Made by a program: the position numbers and the translations under genes
Source: an uncultured Pseudohongiella sp.
GTDB taxonomy: Bacteria; Pseudomonadota; Gammaproteobacteria; Pseudomonadales; Pseudohongiellaceae
Assembly (NCBI GenBank): GCA_965219645.1
Contig: OZ244788.1
Location: 723,341 to 787,340 of the forward strand
Length of the DNA stretch: 64,000 bases
Direction: 5' to 3'
In this document: positions 7,837 to 17,072 of the stretch, piece by piece
Position numbering within the stretch: the stretch's first letter is position 1
Layout of the letters: every line of letters begins with the position of its first letter
Notes under the pieces: generated by a model
The model's input: the letters and a program-made list of their open reading frames with translations, nothing else
What the model was told of the DNA's origin: nothing
Database searches by the model: none

Positions 7837-8724
7837 ATGACTGAAACCGCAGCCCGGCAAGTTTTCGCCTCTTGGCGCGACTACTACGAAATGTGCAAGC
7901 CCCGGGTGGTCATGCTCATGGTCCTGACCTCGCTTGTGGGCATGTTTCTTGCCGTGCCCGGCATGGTTCCCTGGCGCGTGCTTCTGCTCGGCAACCTCGG
8001 CATTGCGCTGGTTTCCTGCTCAGGCGCCGCTGTCAATCATCTCCTGGACCGCCGCATCGACCGCATCATGGGCCGCACTTCCGGTCGGCCGTTGCCGCAG
8101 GGCCGGGTCGAGCCGGTGCAGGCCGCAGTTTTTGCGCTGCTGCTCTGCGCCAGCGGCATGGGCATTTTATTGTTGTGGATCAATCCGCTCTGCGCCTGGC
8201 TCACGCTGGCTTCCTTCGTCGGCTATGCCTTCATTTACACCGGCTACCTGAAACACGCCACTCCCCAGAATATCGTCATCGGCGGGCTTGCTGGCGCCAT
8301 GCCGCCGCTGCTTGGCTGGTCGGCGGTGACTGGAACCATCGAAGCCGACGCCCTCGTGCTTGTGCTGATCATCTTCGCCTGGACGCCGCCGCATTTCTGG
8401 GCGCTGGCGATTCACCGCAAGGATGAATACGCCCGCTCCGGCGTTCCCATGCTGCCGGTCACCCACGGCGAATATGCGACCCGGGTACATATCGTGGCGT
8501 ATACCCTGATTCTGGTGGCGGCAAGCGTCATCCCCTGGTTTACCGGCATGAGCGGCTGGCTCTACCTGGTCGCCGCGCTGCTGCTTGGCGCCGGATTCCT
8601 GTACTGGTCGGGCCGGCTCATGTTCCGCCCGCGGCCGGATATTCCCATGCGCACTTTCGGTTATTCCATCGTCTACCTCGCGCTGCTTTTCGCCGCCCTG
8701 CTGGTGGACCACTACCTGGTCTGA
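7837..8724 (+). CDS. ctaB: Protoheme IX farnesyltransferase (heme O synthase)
   Basis: Multi-TM UbiA-family protein with NHLLDRRIDRIMGRTSGRPLP and the second Asp-rich region. The ORF opens with TTG at 7768. I prefer the ATG at 7837 (MTETAARQV). Confidence 0.85.
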   Translation: MTETAARQVFASWRDYYEMCKPRVVMLMVLTSLVGMFLAVPGMVPWRVLLLGNLGIALVSCSGAAVNHLLDRRIDRIMGRTSGRPLPQGRVEPVQAAVFALLLCASGMGILLLWINPLCAWLTLASFVGYAFIYTGYLKHATPQNIVIGGLAGAMPPLLGWSAVTGTIEADALVLVLIIFAWTPPHFWALAIHRKDEYARSGVPMLPVTHGEYATRVHIVAYTLILVAASVIPWFTGMSGWLYLVAALLLGAGFLYWSGRLMFRPRPDIPMRTFGYSIVYLALLFAALLVDHYLV

Positions 8725-8731
8725 ATGGCAC

Positions 8732-9391
8732 ATGGCCGCCATCCGCCTCAACCGCACAGCCTGGCTGGCATTCGCCCTGCTGAATGTGCTGCTGTTGATG
8801 CTGATCGCGCTGCTGCTGCAGTTTCGCGCCGGTCGCGCCCAGCTTGCCCGGCTTGACAGCCTTGGCGCGGTGGTTTACCCCGAACCGGTTCCGCTGCGCG
8901 AAATTGCCCTGAGCGACCAGCGCGGACAGCCATTTGGCCTTGGCGACATGCGCGGCGCGTGGAACCTGGTGTTTTTCGGTTTCAGCGATTGCCCCGACAT
9001 GTGCCCCCTGACCCTGGCGGAAATCGAGCGCTACTACCGGGACCGGGGGGAATCCGCGGAAGCGCCGGTGCAGGTCGTTTTTGTTTCGATTGACCCGGCT
9101 GACACCCCGCCCGTCATCAACGAGTATCTGGATGGATTCCACGAGGATTTCATCGGTCTCAGCGGCAGCAGGGAAGCCGTCGCCGGGTTTGCCGGCCAGA
9201 TGTTTGCCAATACCGGAGCCAGGATGGACGCCGGCCACGGTCAGTCCGCCGATGCCCCCGAAGGCATGATCAGCCACAGTATCCATATCGCCGTGGTGGG
9301 CCCGCTCGGTGAACTGGTTGGCCTGCTGCGACCGCCGCACCGCGCCGCAGCCATTGGCGAGGCGCTGCGACTGCTCACGCAGCGGGCCTGA
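8732..9391 (+). CDS. SCO1/SenC copper chaperone for cytochrome oxidase assembly
   Basis: ATG at 8732 (MAAIRLNRTAWLAFALL, a single TM). Thioredoxin-like FGFSDCPDMCP motif and a conserved His (ISHSIH). It follows ctaB. Confidence 0.85.
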   Translation: MAAIRLNRTAWLAFALLNVLLLMLIALLLQFRAGRAQLARLDSLGAVVYPEPVPLREIALSDQRGQPFGLGDMRGAWNLVFFGFSDCPDMCPLTLAEIERYYRDRGESAEAPVQVVFVSIDPADTPPVINEYLDGFHEDFIGLSGSREAVAGFAGQMFANTGARMDAGHGQSADAPEGMISHSIHIAVVGPLGELVGLLRPPHRAAAIGEALRLLTQRA

Positions 9392-9407
9392 ACCCGGACA
9401 ATGAAAC

Positions 9408-12170
9408 ATGGCCGGCAATGAGCGCCATCCCGAACTCATCCTGGTAGACGGCTCTTCCTACCTGTTTCGCGCCTATCACGGGCTGCCGCCCCTGGTGAAC
9501 AGCCGGCAGCAGCCAACCGGCGCCATCCGCGGCGTGATCAACATGATCCGCAGCCTGCTGAACAAGTATCCCGGCAGCCGCATCGGCATTGTCTTCGACG
9601 CCAAGGGCAAGACCTTCCGCAGCGAGATCTACGCAGAATACAAGGCGCACCGCCCGCCCATGCCCGAAGACCTGCGCAGCCAGGTCGAGCCCATCCTCAA
9701 CATCATCCGCGCCATGGGCCTGCCCCTGCTGATCATCGATGATGTGGAGGCCGATGACGTCATCGGCACGCTTGCCGTGCAGGCCGGGGCGGACCAGGTG
9801 CCCACGCTGATTTCCACCGGCGACAAGGACCTCGCCCAGCTTGTCACCGGGCGGGTGGCGCTGATCAATACCATGAACGACGAACTGCTCGACCCTGCCG
9901 GGGTGAAGCGGAAATTCGGCGTACTCCCGGAACAGATCATCGATTATCTCGCCCTCATGGGCGACAAGTCCGACAATATTCCCGGCATCCCCGGCGTGGG
10001 CGCGAAAACCGCCGTCAAATGGCTTGGGGAATATGGGTCGATGCAGGGAATCATCGATCATGCCGGCGCCATCAGGGGCAAGATCGGTGAAAGGCTCAGG
10101 GACAATATCGAACAGCTCAAGCTGTCATACCGGCTCGCCACAATCCGTACCGATGTGCCGCTGGAACTGAAGTACCAGCAACTCCTGCGGCAGCCCGAGG
10201 ACAAGCAGGAACTGCACCGCCTGTTCAGCGAACTCGAGTTCCGCACCTGGCTGCGGGAACTCGAATCCGAAGGCGTGACTGCCACGCCGGCAACCGGGCC
10301 GGCCACCGAAAAGGCACAGGACAGCCCGGAATCCGAACTTGACCTGGACGCCGAGCCACCCGGAGCCGCAACCACGATCATCACCAGCGAAGAGCAGCTC
10401 CACGAACTTGTGACCGAACTCGGCGCCGCTCCCACATTCAGTTTCAATCTGGAAGCCGAACCAGGGCATTTTCTCCAGGCCCGCATCATCGGCGCCGCTT
10501 TTTGCGCCAAACCCGGACAGGCCGCCTACATTCCGCTTGACCACGACTACGAGGGCTGCCCCGAACAGTTATCCGCCGAGCGGGTTTTCAGGGCGCTGCA
10601 GCCATTGCTGGAAGACGCCCTCAAGCCGAAATGCGGCTATGACCTGAAACATCAGCTTCATTTGCTGGAGAACCTCGGCATCCGCCTGCAGCCGGTGAAA
10701 TCTGATGTGTTGCTGGCCTCTTATGTGGCCAACTCGGTGGCCGTGCGGCATCAGCTTGAATCCATCGGCAGGCGTTATCTGGACCATGCCCCGCCGGACC
10801 TGGAAAGCCTCACCGGCAAGGGCCGCGGGCGGCTCGCCATGCACCAGCTCGGCGTGCGGGAATTCGGCGATTGGGCCGGCGAACGGGCGGACCTCATCCT
10901 GCGCCTGACGGCGACCCTGGAAAAGCACCTGCGCGAGAACGGCCAGCTTGAAGGGCTCTACCGTTACTTCGAGATGCCCCTCGCGCCGGCCCTGCAACGC
11001 ATGGAGCGAAACGGCATCCTGCTTGACCGGGAGGCCCTGGCGAAGCAGAGCGCCGAACTCGCCGGGCAGCTTGCCGAGCTTGAACAGGCCGCTTTCGCGC
11101 TCGCCGGGGAGAATTTCAACCTGTCCTCGCCCAAGCAATTGCAGGCGCTGCTCTACGACAAGCTGCAACTGCCGGTATTGCGCAAGACGCCCAAGGGCCA
11201 GCCTTCCACCGCCGAGGATGTGCTGCAGGAACTCGCTGAAAGCTACGAACTGCCCCGGCTGCTGCTGCGACACCGGTCCCTCACCAAACTCAAGTCCACC
11301 TATACCGACAAGCTGCCGCTGGAGTTGCAGGCCGGCACCGGCCGCATTCACAGCAGCTTTCAGCAGGCGGTGGCGGCAACGGGCCGGCTGTCGTCCATCG
11401 ACCCTAACCTGCAGAACATTCCCGTGCGAACCGCCGAGGGTCGCCGGGTGCGCCAGGCCTTTGTCTGCCGGTCGGGATACCGGCTTGTGGCGGCGGATTA
11501 TTCCCAGGTGGAGCTGCGCATCATGGCGCATCTGTCCGGCGACCCGGGATTGCTCGCCGCCTTTTCCCGGGCCGAGGACATCCACCGCGCCACCGCGGCG
11601 GAAGTATTCGGCGTCGCCGTGGAAGATGTGGCGCCGGATCAGCGACGCAGCGCCAAGGCGATCAATTTCGGCCTGATCTACGGCATGTCGGCTTTCGGTC
11701 TTGGCCGGCAGTTGAATATCGGTCGGGAAGAGGCCCAGCACTACGTCAACCGCTATTTTGAGCGTTATCCCGGCGTCCGCGCCTTCATGGACCGCACCCA
11801 GGCCCAGGCCACGGAACTTGGCTATGTGGAAACCGTTTTCGGGCGCAGGCTGTATCTGCCGGACCTGCGCGCCGGGCGCGGCATGCTGCGGCGCGCGGCA
11901 CTGCGCACGGCCATCAACGCCCCCATGCAGGGCACCGCCGCCGACATCATCAAGCAGGCCATGATCGACATCGACCTGTGGCTGGAAAGCGAGCCCATCA
12001 AGGCCCGGATGCTACTGCAGGTGCATGACGAACTCGTTTTTGAAGTACACGAGGAAGATCTGCAATTGCTCTGCGACGGCGTCAGGTTCCGCATGATCAG
12101 CGCCGCCGCCCTCGATGTGCCGCTGGTGGTGGACATCGGCGTCGGCGCCAACTGGGACGAAGCCCACTGA
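9408..12170 (+). CDS. polA: DNA polymerase I, 920 aa
   Basis: 5'-nuclease N-terminus (LILVDGSSYLFRAYH), a 3'-5' exonuclease region, and polymerase motifs DYSQVELRIMAHLS, RRSAKAINFGLIYG and QVHDELVFE. Confidence 0.97.
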   Translation: MAGNERHPELILVDGSSYLFRAYHGLPPLVNSRQQPTGAIRGVINMIRSLLNKYPGSRIGIVFDAKGKTFRSEIYAEYKAHRPPMPEDLRSQVEPILNIIRAMGLPLLIIDDVEADDVIGTLAVQAGADQVPTLISTGDKDLAQLVTGRVALINTMNDELLDPAGVKRKFGVLPEQIIDYLALMGDKSDNIPGIPGVGAKTAVKWLGEYGSMQGIIDHAGAIRGKIGERLRDNIEQLKLSYRLATIRTDVPLELKYQQLLRQPEDKQELHRLFSELEFRTWLRELESEGVTATPATGPATEKAQDSPESELDLDAEPPGAATTIITSEEQLHELVTELGAAPTFSFNLEAEPGHFLQARIIGAAFCAKPGQAAYIPLDHDYEGCPEQLSAERVFRALQPLLEDALKPKCGYDLKHQLHLLENLGIRLQPVKSDVLLASYVANSVAVRHQLESIGRRYLDHAPPDLESLTGKGRGRLAMHQLGVREFGDWAGERADLILRLTATLEKHLRENGQLEGLYRYFEMPLAPALQRMERNGILLDREALAKQSAELAGQLAELEQAAFALAGENFNLSSPKQLQALLYDKLQLPVLRKTPKGQPSTAEDVLQELAESYELPRLLLRHRSLTKLKSTYTDKLPLELQAGTGRIHSSFQQAVAATGRLSSIDPNLQNIPVRTAEGRRVRQAFVCRSGYRLVAADYSQVELRIMAHLSGDPGLLAAFSRAEDIHRATAAEVFGVAVEDVAPDQRRSAKAINFGLIYGMSAFGLGRQLNIGREEAQHYVNRYFERYPGVRAFMDRTQAQATELGYVETVFGRRLYLPDLRAGRGMLRRAALRTAINAPMQGTAADIIKQAMIDIDLWLESEPIKARMLLQVHDELVFEVHEEDLQLLCDGVRFRMISAAALDVPLVVDIGVGANWDEAH

Positions 12171-12241
12171 GGCGATTGAGACACCGAATCAAGGGAATGA
12201 AAGTTACGTTCACCCACACAAAGGTTTTTCGAACTTGCTAT

Positions 12242-12835
12242 TCAGGCTTCGAGCCAGGAATCGAGACGTTCCCGGGCCTGTTCCAGGCCGATGCCGGCAG
12301 TGGCGGAAAACAATTGCACTTCCAGGGCGCCGCGCCCGGACAGCTCCTTGCGCACCGCCGACATTGCATTGTGGGCGGGATTCCGCTTCAGCTTGTCCGC
12401 CTTGGTCAGCAGCAGATGCAAGGGTAGCCCGGATTCCTGGGCCCAGTCGATCATCTGCCGGTCAAATTCCTTCAGTGGGTGCCGGATGTCGCTGAGCAGC
12501 ACAATCCCCTCAAGCTGGGCCCTGCCGGTGAGGTAATACTGCATCTCCCGCTGCCATTGCTCCTTCACCTCCAGAGGTACCTTGGCATAGCCATAACCCG
12601 GCAAATCCACAAGGTAGCGCCCGGCAAGCCCGGGCACCAGGAAGAAGTTCAGCATTTGCGTCCGTCCCGGCGTCTTGCTCGTCCGCGCCAGACGGGACTG
12701 CCGGCAAATCGCATTGATGGCGCTGGACTTCCCCGCGTTCGACCGCCCGACAAAAGCCACCTCGGCCAGACTGTCCACAGGACACCCATCCAGCGAAACC
12801 GCACTGGTGGCGAACGTGGTTTGGTCGAAGTCCAT
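12242..12835 (-). CDS. engB: Ribosome-biogenesis GTPase EngB/YihA
   Basis: G1 motif GRSNAGKSS, G3 motif DLPGYGY, G4 motif TKADK. The ATG at 12835 gives an E. coli-like N-terminus. The ORF extends to 12898. Confidence 0.9.
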   Translation of the reverse strand: MDFDQTTFATSAVSLDGCPVDSLAEVAFVGRSNAGKSSAINAICRQSRLARTSKTPGRTQMLNFFLVPGLAGRYLVDLPGYGYAKVPLEVKEQWQREMQYYLTGRAQLEGIVLLSDIRHPLKEFDRQMIDWAQESGLPLHLLLTKADKLKRNPAHNAMSAVRKELSGRGALEVQLFSATAGIGLEQARERLDSWLEA

Positions 12836-13000
12836 TGCGTTCGCAGGCCCTGTTGTGAGTGAACATGGCACGGGGCAAGTCGTTGGAGCGATGGCCATAT
12901 GCGGCGGGCATGCGAGGCGGGAAGCCGAGCCTGAAGCCTGCAGGGAGGTACTTACGGCGTCCGCCGCATATGGCTATCGCCCCAGCGACGACTCGAAGGC

Positions 13001-13157
13001 CTAGGAGCCTGCGCCGTAGGAATTTACGGCTGCAAATCCGCTCTCATCCACGCCCCTGGCCGCTCGATTTCGTTGCATATTCGCCTCAATCGACCGGCCA
13101 GGGGCGCGGCGATAGCGAATTTTCGCTTTCGCGAATTCCTACGGCGCAGGCTCCTAC
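13001..13157. mobile_element. MITE-like element, copy 1 (157 bp) with 24-nt TIRs starting CTAG
   Basis: The TIRs are CTAGGAGCCTGCGCCGTAGGAATT and AATTCCTACGGCGCAGGCTCCTAC, 23/24 complementary. An internal 12-bp stem is CGCCCCTGGCCG/CGGCCAGGGGCG. A second copy lies at 57040-57206. Confidence 0.85.
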
Positions 13158-13795
13158 AAGGCAGCGCGTTCCCGGTCGATGAGGAAATCCACGACTTCCA
13201 GCATCATTTGCTGGGTTGGCACATCCGTGCCCGTGGCGATCAGGTACTTGCCATTGACGATCATGTTGGGAGTACTCTGGATTCGATAATCCTGCATGCG
13301 GCTTTCGGCCTGGTTGACCCGGGTGCGGACGCCGAATGAGTTGAAGGCCCGGCTGAATTCTTCCTCGCCGACACCGTGGCTGGCGAACAGGTCGCCGATC
13401 TGCCGTTCATTCTGCAGGCGGTTGCCTTCGAGGTTGATGGCGTTGAAGACCGGCTCGTGGACGATGTCCACGGCATCCAGCGCCTCGGCGGTGTAGTAGA
13501 TCTGGGCGTGGATTTTCATCAGCCCGTTCCACATGGCGGGAATGCGGACGAAGTCGATATCGTCAGCCAGGTTTGCCTTCCAGTCTTCGATCAGGGGCTC
13601 GAAACGGAAGCAGTGGGAGCAGCCGTACCAGAACGCTTCGATAACTTCGACTTTGGAAGGATCGCGGGTGTTGACCGGAACGGGCAAGGTCACATAGTGC
13701 GTGCCGTCCACAAATCTTTCGACCTGCCCGAAAGCCATGTTGGCAAGGGGCAGCGCGAGGGCAAGGGCGAATACCGCAAGTGTTTTTCTGATCAT
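13154..13795 (-). CDS. dsbA: Periplasmic thiol:disulfide oxidoreductase DsbA
   Basis: The ATG at 13795 has a GGAGTG RBS. Signal peptide is MIRKTLAVFALALALPLANMAFG. Active site is FWYGCSHCF. The stop TAG (13154-13156) lies inside the MITE TIR. Confidence 0.9.
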   Translation of the reverse strand: MIRKTLAVFALALALPLANMAFGQVERFVDGTHYVTLPVPVNTRDPSKVEVIEAFWYGCSHCFRFEPLIEDWKANLADDIDFVRIPAMWNGLMKIHAQIYYTAEALDAVDIVHEPVFNAINLEGNRLQNERQIGDLFASHGVGEEEFSRAFNSFGVRTRVNQAESRMQDYRIQSTPNMIVNGKYLIATGTDVPTQQMMLEVVDFLIDRERAAL

Positions 13796-13862
13796 GGATT
13801 CACTCCGGATCGGTTCAGAATCATCTAGTGGAATGGAAACTACCACAGGCCGGCCCAGGCTC

Positions 13863-14480
13863 CTAGTGCAAGCCGGCCAGAAAACTGGCCAGGGCTTCGA
13901 GCTCCGGGTCGGTAAGGCGCTCGGTGACGACGCGCATCATGCCGCCAGGGTCGTTGGCGCGGGCGCCGGAGCGGAAGTCCTTGAGTTGCTGCAAGCTGTA
14001 TTCGGGGTGCTGGCCGCCGAGTGAGGGAAAGCCCGCCGGGGCGTTGCCGGTACCGGTGGGCGAATGGCAGGCGGAGCAGGCCGCCACCTGCAACTCCTGG
14101 TTGCCGGCCCGGTACAGGGATTCGGCAAGTTCCACGCTTTCCGGGTCGGCGCCGAGCAGGGTAGGCGCCTGGGCGGCGTAGTATGCGGCAAGGTCGGCGA
14201 TGTCTTCATCGCTGAGGTTGATGACCATGGCGGTCATGATGGGGCCGGGTCGGGCGCCGGACTTGAAATCCTGCAATTGCTTGATGAGGTAGCGCGCATT
14301 CTGGCCGGCGATCTTGGGATTGATGGCAAGCTCGCTGTTGCCGTCGGGTCCGTGGCAGGTGGCGCAGAGGGCGGATTTGGCCTCGCCGGCGGCAACATCG
14401 CCCTGGGCGAGCGCAATCGGCGCGGTTACCGCCGTGGCCATGGCGAACAACAAGAATAGCGATTTCTTCATCTCCTCCAT
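13863..14480 (-). CDS. Dihaem cytochrome c4
   Basis: Signal peptide plus two CxxCH motifs (CATCH and CSACH), each followed by a distal Met region. About 200 aa, next to dsbA as in many gammaproteobacteria. Confidence 0.9.
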   Translation of the reverse strand: MEEMKKSLFLLFAMATAVTAPIALAQGDVAAGEAKSALCATCHGPDGNSELAINPKIAGQNARYLIKQLQDFKSGARPGPIMTAMVINLSDEDIADLAAYYAAQAPTLLGADPESVELAESLYRAGNQELQVAACSACHSPTGTGNAPAGFPSLGGQHPEYSLQQLKDFRSGARANDPGGMMRVVTERLTDPELEALASFLAGLH

Positions 14481-14628
14481 CCCGCTGGATCAGCATTGGT
14501 GCATTCGGCCCCGGCGCGGTGCTGCCGCTGGCCGGGTGGAAGCGGATTATAGCCTGATTCCCGAAGGCGCTCCATTGTTCACCGGACCACAGTCCGTTTT
14601 CCAGGTCCGGTAATCTCGCCGCTTTCCA

Positions 14629-14860
14629 GCAATTCTCATTATGGCAATGGGCGCGCTCACATCGGTCATCCTGCGCGCAGTCCCGAGCGCCGCCGAGCCA
14701 TGCTCGGCGGCTGGGAAGTCGAGGCTGGGGTTTGGCGAAACCACTGTAGCCGCGCCGGGGAAGGCATGCACCCTCACACAGAATCCCCAAAGAGATTTTG
14801 CGACTGCGCTTCGCTTCGCGCAGAATGACCTGAATCCTGGAGCGCCAAAATGAGAATTGC
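14629..14860. mobile_element. 232-bp MITE-like element with 17-nt TIRs, containing a nested GCAGAATGAC palindromic repeat
   Basis: The left TIR is GCAATTCTCATTATGGC (14629-14645). The right TIR is GCCAAAATGAGAATTGC (14844-14860). They are 16/17 complementary. The interior 14665-14829 carries GTCATCCTGCGCGCAGTC...GCGACTGCGCTTCGCTTCGCGCAGAATGAC. Confidence 0.7.
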
Positions 14861-14980
14861 CGACCGCTTTCGGTCAGGCGCATCAGGCGATGCCAGGAGG
14901 CTGCGCCGACCGGTTAATCATGGTTAAATTTGCCGAACCGGGGCGGAGGCCCCCTGGCGGGGCGTCGCGAAAGTCTGGAA

Positions 14981-15784
14981 ATGCTTACATTGATAAGCCA
15001 ATGGGTAGCCACGCCGGGCCGTAACCGCAGGCTGTTCCAGCATTTCCTGTGGCAGGATTTCTTCGGGCAATTCAGCGCCGCGGCCGCCGGCGCGTTCTGG
15101 CTGTTCATCACGCCAGTCATTCATATCCTGATGTATTCCTTTGTTTTCAGCTATGTATTCCAGTTGCGGGAAGTGGCCGATTTCGGCCAGACGCAATTCG
15201 TCATCTTTCTCATGATCGGCTACCTGCCCTGGTTCGCCTGCGCCGAGGCCATGAGCAAATCGACCAATATGCTGCTCGAGAAGGCGCCGCTGATTACCAG
15301 GGTGGTGTTTCCCGTGCAAATCATTCCCGTGGTGGGAACCCTGGTGCCCTATCTGACCCACGGTATCGGCTTTTGCCTGTTACTCGCGTACATGGCGTTG
15401 ACCGGGCACTTGTCCTGGCTCTGGCTGCTGCTGCCGGTAGTGTTCGCGCTGCAATTCCTGTTCACCATGGGCCTGGTGGCGGTGCTGTCGGCGCTTTGCG
15501 TGTTTTTGCGCGATTTGCAGCAGCTAGTCTCGCTGGCGGTGACGCTGTGGTTTTTCCTCACGCCCATCATTTACCCGGTGACGCTGATCGAAAGCGAACT
15601 GCTGCGGGAGTTGTACCTGTTCAATCCCATGCACAGCTTCATCAACCTGTACCGGGAGATTATCCTGCTCGGCAGCTTTTCGTCCCTGCAGCTCGGCATC
15701 GCCGCAGGCTCTGCGCTGGTTTCCTGGCTGCTTGGCGGCTGGCTGTTCATGCGGATCCGCCATGCCTTCGGGGATGTGCTTTAA
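14981..15784 (+). CDS. wzm: ABC-2 type polysaccharide/O-antigen export permease (Wzm-like)
   Basis: Six-TM ABC-2 profile, immediately followed by a Wzt-like ATPase. The ORF opens with TTG at 14930. I prefer the ATG at 14981, but the start is uncertain. Confidence 0.8.
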   Translation: MLTLISQWVATPGRNRRLFQHFLWQDFFGQFSAAAAGAFWLFITPVIHILMYSFVFSYVFQLREVADFGQTQFVIFLMIGYLPWFACAEAMSKSTNMLLEKAPLITRVVFPVQIIPVVGTLVPYLTHGIGFCLLLAYMALTGHLSWLWLLLPVVFALQFLFTMGLVAVLSALCVFLRDLQQLVSLAVTLWFFLTPIIYPVTLIESELLRELYLFNPMHSFINLYREIILLGSFSSLQLGIAAGSALVSWLLGGWLFMRIRHAFGDVL

Positions 15785-15786
15785 CC

Positions 15787-17034
15787 ATGAGTCAGCCGCA
15801 TACCCGCATTGCCGTCAGGAATCTGAACAAGGAGTTCCGAATTTACGAGCGGCCCCAGGACAGGCTCGCCGAACTCATTCTGCGGCGACCGAAACATCGC
15901 CTGTTCCATGTGCTGAACGATATCTCCTTTGCCGTCGCCGACGGCCAGAGCCTTGGCATCATCGGCAACAACGGCGCCGGCAAGTCCACCTTGCTGAAGT
16001 TGCTCGTGGGCACCCTGCAGCCCACTTCGGGGCAGATCGAGATTGTGGGCCAGGTGGCGGCGCTGCTCGAGCTCGGAGCGGGCTTTCACCGCGATTTCAG
16101 CGGCCGCAGGAACATCTGGCTCAACGCCTCGCTGCTCGGCGTGGCGGACGACGACATCCGCGAACTCGAAAACGAGATCATCGAGTTCTCCGAACTTGGC
16201 TATTTCATCGACCGGCCCGTGCGAACCTATTCATCGGGCATGTTCGTGCGGCTGGCCTTCTCCATCGCCACCATGGTGCGGCCCGACATCCTCGTGATCG
16301 ACGAGGCGCTTTCCGTGGGCGACATGGCCTTCCAGCGCAAATGCGTGCAACGCATGCAGGACTTCCGCGCCAGACGCAAGACCATGGTCTTCTGCAGCCA
16401 TTCGATGTTTCACGTGCAGGAGTTGTGCGACAACGCGATCTGGCTCGACAAGGGCAGCATCCGCGAGATCGGCGCGAGCGACAAGGTGGTCGGGCACTAC
16501 GAGGACTATTGCACCAACAAGAAGTCCTACAACACGATCCGCAGCGATGTGCCGGAACTGCCGGAGCAGTCCGCTGCGGGCGACGAGGTGCAGGACTGCC
16601 GCATCAATTCGCTCTGGGTCCGGGATACCGGCGGCAGGGAGCTTTCCTCACTGACTCCCTTGCAGGACATAGTGCTCGAAATGGAAGTCGAGGCGCTGCG
16701 CGACGGCGTCGAAGGGTATTTCGGTTTTGCCTTCATGAAATCCGCCGAGGAGCCGGTGGCTTCCTTCCTCACCATCGACACGGAAGGTGTTGAAACCGGA
16801 CCCTTCGACAAGGGCGAGGTCTTCACCGTCTCGCTGACCGTGCGCAATCTGACCATGCGCGTGGGCAGCTACTATGTTCTCGGCGGATTGTGCGACGATA
16901 CCGGCCTGCTCTGGTACGAAACCCGCTACAGCAAGTTGCTCACCGTCGAACCCGGCAAGGGCATCGGGCCCATGATCATGCCCTCGGAGTGGTCGATTCG
17001 CAAATCGGGGCCTTCTGCGCCACAGGGACGATAG
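15787..17034 (+). CDS. wzt: Polysaccharide export ABC ATPase (Wzt-like) with extra C-terminal domain
   Basis: ATG at 15787 (MSQPHTRIAVRNLNKEF). Walker A is GNNGAGKST, signature is YSSGMFVRLAF, Walker B is ILVIDEAL. About 165 extra C-terminal residues are present, as in O-antigen-binding Wzt proteins. The long ORF 15049-17034 is an artefactual upstream extension. Confidence 0.85.
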   Translation: MSQPHTRIAVRNLNKEFRIYERPQDRLAELILRRPKHRLFHVLNDISFAVADGQSLGIIGNNGAGKSTLLKLLVGTLQPTSGQIEIVGQVAALLELGAGFHRDFSGRRNIWLNASLLGVADDDIRELENEIIEFSELGYFIDRPVRTYSSGMFVRLAFSIATMVRPDILVIDEALSVGDMAFQRKCVQRMQDFRARRKTMVFCSHSMFHVQELCDNAIWLDKGSIREIGASDKVVGHYEDYCTNKKSYNTIRSDVPELPEQSAAGDEVQDCRINSLWVRDTGGRELSSLTPLQDIVLEMEVEALRDGVEGYFGFAFMKSAEEPVASFLTIDTEGVETGPFDKGEVFTVSLTVRNLTMRVGSYYVLGGLCDDTGLLWYETRYSKLLTVEPGKGIGPMIMPSEWSIRKSGPSAPQGR

Positions 17035-17035
17035 G

Positions 17036-17060
17036 GAAAAATTACAGGAAGTAATTTTTC
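17036..17060. terminator. Perfect hairpin between convergent wzt and gspK, a possible bidirectional terminator
   Basis: GAAAAATTAC-aggaa-GTAATTTTTC forms a 10-bp perfect stem. It starts 2 nt after the wzt stop and ends 12 nt before the gspK stop. Confidence 0.45.
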
Positions 17061-17072
17061 GGAGGAAAAAGT

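Noticed and set aside
15049-15786. Upstream 246 codons of the 661-aa ORF 15049-17034
   Set aside because: It overlaps wzm in another frame with Arg/Ala-rich composition. The ATPase clearly begins at the ATG at 15787, right after the wzm stop. Similar over-extensions were trimmed for lysA (37141), the glycosyltransferase (39983), gspK (18836) and others.
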